A DNA stretch of 64,000 nt from Verrucomicrobiota bacterium. Its GTDB lineage: Bacteria; Verrucomicrobiota; Verrucomicrobiia; Limisphaerales; Palsa-1400. The notes under the pieces are model-generated. The model worked only from the letters and a program-made list of their open reading frames with translations, did not search any database and had not been told where the DNA came from. The stretch is taken from positions 96,001-160,000 of the forward strand of contig JBEKYR010000006.1 in the NCBI GenBank assembly GCA_049510745.1. Reading direction: 5' to 3'. This document shows positions 9,154-17,786 of this stretch, piece by piece. The position numbers and the translations under genes are program-made. How positions within the stretch are numbered: the stretch's first letter is position 1; each line of letters opens with the position of its first letter.

Positions 9154-12100
9154 CTAATACTGGTTGGGCGCACCGGGTGTGGGAACGCTGCCGGCGACCT
9201 GCGCCCCCCTGTCATGCGCCCGGGTCAATGCAGTGGTGAGGGTGATGCCGGTGCCGGAGACCTGGGCACCCACCGCGTGCGCAATTGTGAGCGGCGCGGC
9301 AACGGTGATTGAGGCGCCACCAGCGCCGCCTCTGCCACCTCTGCCACCGCCGGTGACGGAGGCCACAACCGCCGTCTCGAGGTTCGTGCCACTGTCAATG
9401 GTGATGGTCTGGCCCGCGCCAAAACCCGCCGCGCTGGCGACAGGGATAACGGTCGCGCTCACCTCGGTGGCAGTGCCTACCGTGCTGCCTCCCGCCGTGC
9501 CAACCGTCGCGATGACGGCGGTCTCGAGGTTCGCGCCCGCATCAACAATAATCGTCTTGCCGGCGCCGAAGTCTGCCACGCTGGCGACTTTTATATTGCT
9601 CGCGCCCGCGACCGATTCGGTCGATAGGGTGGTGGCGGTCTGCAACAGGAAATCATTGTGGTTGTTGCCGGTGTCGAGGCCGTCCGGAAAGCGTCCCGCG
9701 CTCCTATGGGGCGCGCTGGCGACCGGAGCGGCCGGCCCGCCGAAACCGCCACGGCCGGCGCCGGGCGTGGCCACGAAGTTGCCACTCGCCCCTCCTCCGG
9801 AGGCGGCTTGGTAACCCTCAGCCGCCCACGGGTCAACGACGCCGCCGTAGTTGAGGCTGTCGGCGACCAGGCCAGCGGCGTCACGCAGCACCATGCTGCC
9901 GGCGCTTGGGGAGAGAGCGGGTCCGCCGAACCACTGGTTTGGCGCCGGTGGCCCTTGGTAACCTGCGGTCGTAACCGCGGCGTCACGCACCACCGCGTTG
10001 ATCGCGTGGTCTTTGGCCAGGGGACTGTCAAGCGTGATGCCGGCGCCGAGCGGCTGGAGGGGCTCGTTGCTCGAGTGGGCAAAGGCCGTCGCCGGCTGGA
10101 AGCTGATCCCCGTTCCCCTGACGCTGAAGGGGAGGTTGCTCGCATGGTTGAACTTCAGCGGGGCGGACAGTTCGATTTCAGCGCCGCCGCCGCGGCGACC
10201 ACCGCCCGCGGGGGCTCCCGCCACCGCGCCGATGCTCTTGACCGTGACGGCCTCAATCCCGTGGTCCTTGCTGTCGATGTCCAACCTGATCTTGTCACCA
10301 ACCGAAATGTTGGCGGCGTTCCGCACCCTGATAGAGGTGTCGCCGGCTTTCGCGCCCGCCGCCAGGTAGGTTTGCGTGCCCGGCTTGCCGACCTCAGTAA
10401 CCGTGACCACCTCGTACTTTTCCACGTCCCTCCCGACAGCGGGATAGGTGGCACCGTAACCGATGCCGATCTTCTCGCCAACCTCGACCGCGAAGCCGCC
10501 ACCGCCGCCGAAGCCGCCCCCGCCGAAACCACCACCCGCGCCAGTGAAAGGCACGTTGGTCGAGCCGGCTGGAATCGTGATCACCGGTCCGTCGGGGAGG
10601 GGCTGCCACAGCGTCGTGCTGTTGCCTGCCGCCGTCCCGAGGCTGGCGATCTTGCGGGTTTCCACGCCGGAGCCGGTGTCAATTTCAATCGTATCACCGG
10701 CCGACATGCCGTTCGTGCTCCTGACGTGGATGGTGGTATCACCCTTGTGCGCGGGAACCGCCAGCCCGGAGTTGGCGAGGCCGAGCAGGTAGAAGCTTTT
10801 GGCCGCGAGTTTCGTTCCAGCCGGAATCTTGACCGACGAAAAGATGGCCTGCTGGGCGGCGTGCTCGATCAGTGTCCAGCCGGAGATGTCCACGGAACTG
10901 GCGTCAGCGTTGTAGAGCTCGATGAAGGAGTTCGCCGGGTCAACAGCGAACTCGTTGATCTTGATCGGGCTGACGTTCCGCACCTTCTCGACCATTTTCT
11001 CGGATTGCGTCTGGCCGCTTGTCGGGTTCGTCCACGAGGCGTTGGCGACCAGGTCGCCATTGAAGGCCACCCGCCCCGAGGTGATCTTGAAGGTCGCGCT
11101 CACGCTCGCACCCGGCGCGACCGGATCCGTGAACGTCTTTGAGGTCCCGGAGGCGCCGGAGACCACGGAGGTCCACCCCTTGGGCGCGGCAATGCTCAAC
11201 TTGACTCCCACGGCGGGCGCCCCTGTGGTATTCATGAATGTCACGGTGGTGTCCTGCGAGGACCCCGGTGAGAACGTCTGGAGTCCCGGCGGCGCGGCCG
11301 TGGCCGACGCCGGCGCCAGGCCCAACGTCTGCACGTCGTATTTGGCCGCCACAACGTTGGCCTGCACCTTCTGGTCGGTGGCGTCTGTTGGGAAGGTTCC
11401 TCCAGCCGTCATCGCGCCTTCATAAAAGGTGCCCTGCGAGCCGTTGCTGTTGTCCCCGCCGTTGCCCAGGAGGATGGCTCCCTGCTTGCGCATCGGGTCA
11501 TAGGATCTGTTGACGCGGGGTCCGTTGAACATGATTTTCAGTTCGCCGCTCTGCGAGTCGCCGCCCAAGGTAGTCCAGTGGTGCGGTTCGCCCTTGGCCA
11601 TCGCCGTCACGAATCGCCAGGTGATGTTCGGCAGGTCTCCGCAGAGTTTGGATCCATCCGGGTTGACACAACCCACCAGGTTGTTCTCCTGGTCGGTCAT
11701 GATCCACGGGCCGGGAGGCGGGCCATGATACCAAGGGGTGGCGTTTCCGAAGTAGGTAGTTTCCATGGTGCCGTTCCCGTCGTCGCGGCTGTCCGTCTCG
11801 GCGTTGCCGTAGTCGAAGCAGCAGCCGCCGTTGTAGTGATGGCCGTTCACGACCCAGTACTGCCCCTCCGCCTGGTCGTCCACTGCGGTGCCCTTCGCGT
11901 CGTCCCAGCGGAGGCCCATGCCCGGAGCGATGAAGACGCCGTAGGCCTTGTGGCCCATGACTGTAATCGGCGCCCAGTCGGCGACCGGGACGTTGTTAAA
12001 CCCACCCAAGGCATGGCCGCTGAATCCGCCGCGGGGCGCCTGGACGAGGTGGTTGCCCTTGCCGGACTGGTCGTAGAGGGTGGTGATCCAGCAGTAAGTG

Positions 12101-12429
12101 TTGGCGCAGAAGGCGTCCTGCGCGGCCGCGTTGGCGTATCCGCCCGCATCCGTCGCGGAGGGCCGGACGACGCCGATGTCCAAGGTCTTGCCGTCCGACT
12201 GGCGCATGACCTGGTAGAGCGGGCCGTTGTAAGAGGCGTACAGCGCGCGCGTGGAACTGTGGGCGGCCACGCAAGGGGTGCCGCCGGCGGCGTAGATGTC
12301 ACATGGGCCTTCTGGCCTGGGCGGAGGAAAATTGCGTCCCGCCCCGGCCGCTTTGGCCATAAACATCGTGGCTACAGGCAGCGTAAGCGCCAGTGCGAGT
12401 ATTATCACAAGACCGATTTTCGTTTTCAT
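9154..12429 (-). CDS. abfB: Secreted GH54 alpha-L-arabinofuranosidase B with NEW3-like, lamin-tail-like and repeated beta modules
   Basis: GPCDIYAAGGTPCVAAHS, GGCCFDYGNAE, DQENNL, GNGGDNSNGSQGTFYEG; IKINEF..FIELYN..VDISGWTL. Confidence 0.9.
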   Translation of the reverse strand: MKTKIGLVIILALALTLPVATMFMAKAAGAGRNFPPPRPEGPCDIYAAGGTPCVAAHSSTRALYASYNGPLYQVMRQSDGKTLDIGVVRPSATDAGGYANAAAQDAFCANTYCWITTLYDQSGKGNHLVQAPRGGFSGHALGGFNNVPVADWAPITVMGHKAYGVFIAPGMGLRWDDAKGTAVDDQAEGQYWVVNGHHYNGGCCFDYGNAETDSRDDGNGTMETTYFGNATPWYHGPPPGPWIMTDQENNLVGCVNPDGSKLCGDLPNITWRFVTAMAKGEPHHWTTLGGDSQSGELKIMFNGPRVNRSYDPMRKQGAILLGNGGDNSNGSQGTFYEGAMTAGGTFPTDATDQKVQANVVAAKYDVQTLGLAPASATAAPPGLQTFSPGSSQDTTVTFMNTTGAPAVGVKLSIAAPKGWTSVVSGASGTSKTFTDPVAPGASVSATFKITSGRVAFNGDLVANASWTNPTSGQTQSEKMVEKVRNVSPIKINEFAVDPANSFIELYNADASSVDISGWTLIEHAAQQAIFSSVKIPAGTKLAAKSFYLLGLANSGLAVPAHKGDTTIHVRSTNGMSAGDTIEIDTGSGVETRKIASLGTAAGNSTTLWQPLPDGPVITIPAGSTNVPFTGAGGGFGGGGFGGGGGFAVEVGEKIGIGYGATYPAVGRDVEKYEVVTVTEVGKPGTQTYLAAGAKAGDTSIRVRNAANISVGDKIRLDIDSKDHGIEAVTVKSIGAVAGAPAGGGRRGGGAEIELSAPLKFNHASNLPFSVRGTGISFQPATAFAHSSNEPLQPLGAGITLDSPLAKDHAINAVVRDAAVTTAGYQGPPAPNQWFGGPALSPSAGSMVLRDAAGLVADSLNYGGVVDPWAAEGYQAASGGGASGNFVATPGAGRGGFGGPAAPVASAPHRSAGRFPDGLDTGNNHNDFLLQTATTLSTESVAGASNIKVASVADFGAGKTIIVDAGANLETAVIATVGTAGGSTVGTATEVSATVIPVASAAGFGAGQTITIDSGTNLETAVVASVTGGGRGGRGGAGGASITVAAPLTIAHAVGAQVSGTGITLTTALTRAHDRGAQVAGSVPTPGAPNQY

Positions 12430-12552
12430 ATCTATGCGATTCTCTAAACGGAGATTTCCAATTTGGCTTTCTGCCAGTAACCGCCAGGAAAAAGCAAGGA
12501 GCAGTCTAACCCGCCAACCCAGTGGGGTGCATTTCAGATTTTTAGGTTCCCC

Positions 12553-12630
12553 TCCTGATCTTGCTCCTAATGTCAATCTCTTCGCCTTCCTGCATTCGGA
12601 TTAAGAGCGAGATTACGATTACGATTAAGC
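12553..12630. repeat. Hexamer-periodic imperfect inverted repeat
   Basis: CCTGATCTTGCTCCTAAT..CAATC faces GATTAAGAGCGAGATTACGATTACGATTAAG. Confidence 0.55.
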
Positions 12631-12858
12631 AAATCAACCCAAAAATGCGATCACTGCCGGCAGACGCCCGGTGTTTTGAAGAATATGCCGCCTTGATCAA
12701 AATGATTTCGCAACGGAAGAAGCGACGATAGCGGCCCACTTGCGTTACGCCCGTGATCCCTCCGTCGGGGCGGCGCCGGGAGATTATACTCTTGAGCCGC
12801 TGTGAGGCGGAACGGGGCGGCGCTCTTCATTCATTGGAACATGAATCCCCGGCTCGCA

Positions 12859-13092
12859 TCACTCAATGGCATCCAGCGGAATGCGGTGGTCCGGCTTGTG
12901 GCCCTCAAAACGCAGAATCAACTCGACGTCTTTGAGGCCGCGGCCGAGGCAGGTGTTGATGGCGTTCAATAGATTGGGAAAATTAGACGCCGCCTCAGCC
13001 CGCTTGACCCAACGACCGGCGGGACTCAAGAACTTGTTGAGAGAAACGTGCCGCACCAAAAGCTTGCTGGGCAGTGGATCATTCGTTTGCAT
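12859..13092 (-). CDS. Small hypothetical protein
   Basis: 77 aa, LLVRH...FL...GRW...A..F....A......LKDVELILRF pattern. Confidence 0.6.
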   Translation of the reverse strand: MQTNDPLPSKLLVRHVSLNKFLSPAGRWVKRAEAASNFPNLLNAINTCLGRGLKDVELILRFEGHKPDHRIPLDAIE

Positions 13093-13151
13093 GATATAAA
13101 ATTACACACGTTGGAGGGCAATGCCAATCGGTGGAAACCCTGTTTCGCCAC

Positions 13152-14165
13152 TCAGGCGGAAGCCGATTGTGACGGATCTTTCTCCACAGCCCATTGAGGG
13201 CCATCTGGATGGCCGGTGTCAGGATCAATAGTCAAGACGATCTTGCCTCGGACGTGGCCGCGCCGGCTCATTTCCAGGGCCTCGGGCGCGCGGACCAACG
13301 GGAGGACCTTGTCCACCATGGCTTTGATCTCACCGTTGGCAATCAGGTCACCCATCAGGGTCAATTCATCGGCGCGCGTTCGCGTCTGCATCTTGCGCGC
13401 CCGCACTCCGCACAGCAGGGCCTTAGTCTGCGACGGTACCGAAACGGTCGAAACCAGGCGGCCGTCAGTTCTGAGGACCTTCCAGGAACGATCCTGCGTC
13501 TGGCCGCCAACCAAGTCCAAAACCACATCCACGCGCTTGACCACGTCTTCAAAGCGGGTCGCGGTGTGGTCGATGACTTGTTGGGCGCCGAGCCGGCGCA
13601 GAAAAGAAAGGTTGCGGCTGGAGGCGGTGGCGATGACCCAGGCGCCGTGGCGGAGGGCCAATTGCACGGCAAACGAGCCGACTCCCCCTGCGGCGCCATG
13701 AATAAGAATCTTCTGGCCGGGCCGAATGTCCGCCGCGTCGAACAGTGCCTGCCAGGCCGTCAGGGCGCACAAGGGCGTGGCGGCGGCGTCGATGTCGTCC
13801 ACCGACGGGGGCTTTGCCGCCAGGCCGCCGACCGGCGCCGCGATCAATTCGGCAAAGGCACCGCCGTAACCGGAATGTCCGAAGACCGATTGACCGACAA
13901 AGAAATCGGTCACGTCCGGCCCCAGGGCCTCCACCATGCCGGAAAAATCACAGCCCAAGGTGTGGGGCATCGGCAACGGTCCGAGCAGTCCTTCGCGCAC
14001 TTGCCAGTCGAAGGGATTGACGCCGGCGGCGTGAACGCGAACCAGAACCTCACCCGGCGCCGGTTCCGGCGCCAGCACATCCTCGAAACAAAGCGATTCC
14101 GGGCCGCCGAAGTAATGGATACAAACGGCCTTGATCGTCCCTGATTCACGCAAAAGTGTATTCAT
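13152..14165 (-). CDS. NADPH:quinone oxidoreductase / MDR family
   Basis: AAGVNPFD, GCDFSG, ILIHGAAGGVG, GKIVL. Confidence 0.92.
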   Translation of the reverse strand: MNTLLRESGTIKAVCIHYFGGPESLCFEDVLAPEPAPGEVLVRVHAAGVNPFDWQVREGLLGPLPMPHTLGCDFSGMVEALGPDVTDFFVGQSVFGHSGYGGAFAELIAAPVGGLAAKPPSVDDIDAAATPLCALTAWQALFDAADIRPGQKILIHGAAGGVGSFAVQLALRHGAWVIATASSRNLSFLRRLGAQQVIDHTATRFEDVVKRVDVVLDLVGGQTQDRSWKVLRTDGRLVSTVSVPSQTKALLCGVRARKMQTRTRADELTLMGDLIANGEIKAMVDKVLPLVRAPEALEMSRRGHVRGKIVLTIDPDTGHPDGPQWAVEKDPSQSASA

Positions 14166-14273
14166 TGGATTCCTTTCCTCTTACAGGCAATTTCGCAGGC
14201 TCGGGAACATTGTAAATCAGGCGCGAACCCCGACCGAGCCTAGGGGAATTGCCGAGTCGCGAGTTTTGCGCGG

Positions 14274-15902
14274 CTACGGGTTGGCTTGCGCCGTGGCGGC
14301 CTCGCGCGCGGCTTCGGCGGGTCCGATCCGGTTGGCCACATTGACGCCGTTGACATCATCGTAATTGATGGTCAGGCGCTGGCCGAGCCGCAGCTTGATG
14401 AACGGGGCGTCCGTGCGGCCATCCAGGACGATGGAACAATTGTCGGCCAGATTGAATTGTTTGACTCCGAAGAGAATATTGAAGCCGACGGGGAAATTCG
14501 CATCGGATGGATCAACCAAAACCACGTCGTCAATCCTGGATTCGGGGACGACACCGAGGATGCGGTCAATCAAATCGCCGTGCGGATCAAGGACACCCAC
14601 GCCATCGCCGTTTTCGATGTCCTGGCGGATGAGATTAAATAATAGTGTTGACTTTCCGGTGTCTGTGGCTCCGATGATGTGGGTGTGCTGCACCCGTTGG
14701 TCGGGCGTCAGTCGGACTTCAACGGATTCGCCGACGTGAACATTGTCACCGAGCAAGAGGCCGTGCGCGTGTCGAACGGAGGCCGGAGCGGCCTTCGTCC
14801 TGCCGGCGTCGCGCTCCAACACGGGTGAGCGGACGGCGCTCGACGGCAGGTGGACAAAGCCGATCAATTCATCGCTGTTGAGAAGCATCCCCGTGCGCCG
14901 CGTTTGCCGGAGCAATACGTCTTCGATGTGGTCTTCTGGGGTGGGGTAGTCATCATTGTGAAGGGGAATGAGCGCATTGCCCTGCGGATGGGTGAACACC
15001 CGCAATGAGCCCGCAAGGTCGCGCCCCAGTTGAAGCATTCGTTCACGCCGTTGGGTCTTGATCGCGATACGCACAACGGCGGCGAACAACGGACGGGCGA
15101 CTTTGGTTTTGGCCGCGTCGGCCAGTTCGGGCACATCGACAAAGAATGGCCTTCCGTCTGCACCCGTCACGGAATTGGTGATACTTTCCGCCCAGGGATT
15201 GTGCGCTGGTTGAAAGAGAACCTGGAACAAGGCAAGCTCGCCCATCCGTAATTCGCTCAATGCGCCGATGATGCCGATGAATGGGTCAATTTTGCCGCTG
15301 GCCAGCGGAAGCATGAATTCATGCTCCAAGCCGAATTCAGCAGCGAATTCTGCCGGCCCTTCAAAATGGCGCCACGCGTTCTCCAGCGTGCCCTGGCGCT
15401 GTTGAAACAGGACTTCGGGGAAGTATGCCTGCAATTGCCGCCGCACGAGCGGAGCATCATCCTCATGGGCCGCGAATTGGGCGACGACACGGTTGGGAAT
15501 ACCGAGCAATTCAAAGGCAATCGGCTCACGGCAGAGCGACAGATTCAAAAGGAACTGCTCGAATGTCTCCTTGGAGACGTCGAGCTTGGCGGGCAGGGAG
15601 GTTTGAAGTTCGATGAGCGGGTCACGGTAGAGCGGTTCCGGTTCGGGTTCCTCCTCCTCGGCCGGCGCCAGTGCAGGTTCCGGCGGCGCGGTTGAGAGCT
15701 TTCGGCTCAATTTCTGAACGAAGGAACTGAGAAGCGTCGGCTTGCGACCGTCGTCCACAGCGGGGGTGTCGGACAGGTGATGGCCGTAAAATGGGCGGAA
15801 GGGCGGCTCCGGGCAGATCGGTTCGTCGAAGACCTGCCAGCCACGACCGCGCCGCTCCCATTTGTAAAATTGTTCGGAGAATTGTTCGTGTGCCCCGCTC
15901 AT
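14274..15902 (-). pseudogene. Truncated VirD4/TraG-like (DUF87-type) ATPase fused to an unrelated C-terminus
   Basis: HTHIIGATDTGKS Walker A, VLDPHGDL, PVGFNIL, then an abrupt switch at ~14472. Confidence 0.75.
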
Positions 15903-15907
15903 GCCCT

Positions 15908-16354
15908 TCAAGCCTTCTGCTCAGGGCGGGTCGAAGGCACCGGCGGCTTGTGCAAATCGCCCAAAATCGGAGCGGACTCATACTGTCTCACCAACCCGCT
16001 TCGGGCCCGGCAATCAACACGGGCCAAAGGGCACGTGGCAAACGCGAAGCTTCCCTTCGCGGAACGAACCGGAAATGCAAGCAGTTTCGCCTCGCCAAAG
16101 GAGATCTTGCCGGCGCTAAAGTTGTCCGACCCGCTTCCGAAGCCTTCGCCGAACATATCATTGACATGCTGTTTGGTTTCATTATCGCGTGAAGCCGCAT
16201 CGCGGAGCACGCCCTTTAGGCTGGTCCCTGGAATAATTGGGAAGCCCGTGTGACGTTCGCGGACGATGGGTTGATCAATGGCACCCACGCTTGCCCCCGC
16301 GCCAACATGGAGCGGCGTACGGGTGAACAGATATAGAATTTTTGATTTGCTCAT
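15908..16354 (-). pseudogene. cmr4: Truncated type III-B RAMP Cmr4
   Basis: TPLHVGAG, IDQPIVRE, PIIPGTSLKG, LLAFPVRS, TCPL; similarity lost after ~111 aa and no C-terminal Gly loop. Confidence 0.88.
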
Positions 16355-16385
16355 GATTCCTTTATGAATTGTTCATTGTTCAAAG

Positions 16386-17786
16386 TCACTTCCCCAAACG
16401 TCCGGCGACGTTCTTGTAAAATTGCCAAGTGCCGCAAACGCCGAGGCCGAAGCCTTTTTCACCCAGAAGCGTACTGCGACGGTTTTTGATGGCGGTGGGG
16501 TTCGACTCACAGCCGTGCCAGTTGAGAACAGCGGCGAGTTTGCGAGCTTCATCAGCCGAGTCGGCCTCGAAATAGTAAACCGCGCCGGCAGGAACGGCGA
16601 CATGGGTGCTCTGTGCGCCGCCCGACTCGCCCGCGGCTTCATCGGGCAACGCCCAACCGGTAACGACGAGAGGTTTCGGAATGATGGCGGCGACGAGCTT
16701 GGCGGAAATGCTCTTTTGTTGACGGACGCGCCGCCGCCAAGTCTCTCGCCCCTCCCTTTTTTCGCGTGCAGCATCTCCAAACTTAAGAAGAACTTCACCA
16801 GTTTGAGGGCAAATCCAGTTGGGCAACCAACCTCCGGGATGAGCGGTGATGTGGCGCGTCGCATCTGCTTCGATTGCTGGCCACACTGCGGGACTCAGGA
16901 GAACCCACTTCACAGAAGATTTGCCGTCTCGTCGTTGGAAGCCATCGACTAGTCCGCGTGGCAGGGGTGGTGCTGAGTCCGGCATTCGCAATGCAGAGCA
17001 GATTCGTTGCTGACCGCCAACAATGATCTGGTGATGGCCGCCGTTGAGAAGGGTTTTGACGAGGTCGCTCCCATGCTGCGGATGTCTGAATTCCTTGTCC
17101 TCCGCAGAAGCGCAAACGCCGAGTTGCCAGGCTTCACGGAGACGGAGATAATGGGCCGAGTAAATTTTGCCGGTCGCTTCGCGCTGGCCCGCAGTGCCGG
17201 TGTCAGGATCAATTGCGATGCCGATGGTATGCTCGCAGTCGAAGAGGTCGTCGTCGGCGACAGCGTGTTCGGCCATCTGTGTGGATGTCACGCTGGAGTT
17301 GGCGGCGCCGAGATAAGTTTGGAATGCCTCCCTCGACAACCAGGGTTTCGCGGGAGATTCCTTGTCGGGCGGCAGGCGGTTCGCAACGGCGTATTCGAGC
17401 GGGTCGGGAAGACTGGATTGAACGGGGTCAAATGAATCCGTAGGCAGGAGCGCCGGTTGGAGTGTCGCGTCTTGAAGGTCGTGGGGGCGGGGGAAAAACC
17501 AGGTTGCGCCGTTCTTCACCGGAAAGGGACCAGCAGTGATGAGCGAGCCGAACTTGCGGTCGCGGTGCGCGTCTTCAGCGTAAACGCCATGTGCGCCGCG
17601 ACGATGGGCGTGGAGCTTATTGGAACCATCTGCATCAAGTTTTGCCCGGTGCAACGCGGCATGGAACGCACCGTTGATGACATTGGGCATCGGCCAGGCG
17701 GCGCCGTGGCCGGCGAGCGAGCCTGTCATGGGCCGGCCATCGCGGAAGAACATTATGTCTGTGGGTTGAAGCAGAATGGTGTTCAT
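16386..17786 (-). CDS. cmr3: Type III-B CRISPR protein Cmr3
   Basis: LQPTDIMFFRDGRPM, PMPNVINGA, AVPAGAVYYF, GFGLGVCGTW. Confidence 0.9.
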   Translation of the reverse strand: MNTILLQPTDIMFFRDGRPMTGSLAGHGAAWPMPNVINGAFHAALHRAKLDADGSNKLHAHRRGAHGVYAEDAHRDRKFGSLITAGPFPVKNGATWFFPRPHDLQDATLQPALLPTDSFDPVQSSLPDPLEYAVANRLPPDKESPAKPWLSREAFQTYLGAANSSVTSTQMAEHAVADDDLFDCEHTIGIAIDPDTGTAGQREATGKIYSAHYLRLREAWQLGVCASAEDKEFRHPQHGSDLVKTLLNGGHHQIIVGGQQRICSALRMPDSAPPLPRGLVDGFQRRDGKSSVKWVLLSPAVWPAIEADATRHITAHPGGWLPNWICPQTGEVLLKFGDAAREKREGRETWRRRVRQQKSISAKLVAAIIPKPLVVTGWALPDEAAGESGGAQSTHVAVPAGAVYYFEADSADEARKLAAVLNWHGCESNPTAIKNRRSTLLGEKGFGLGVCGTWQFYKNVAGRLGK

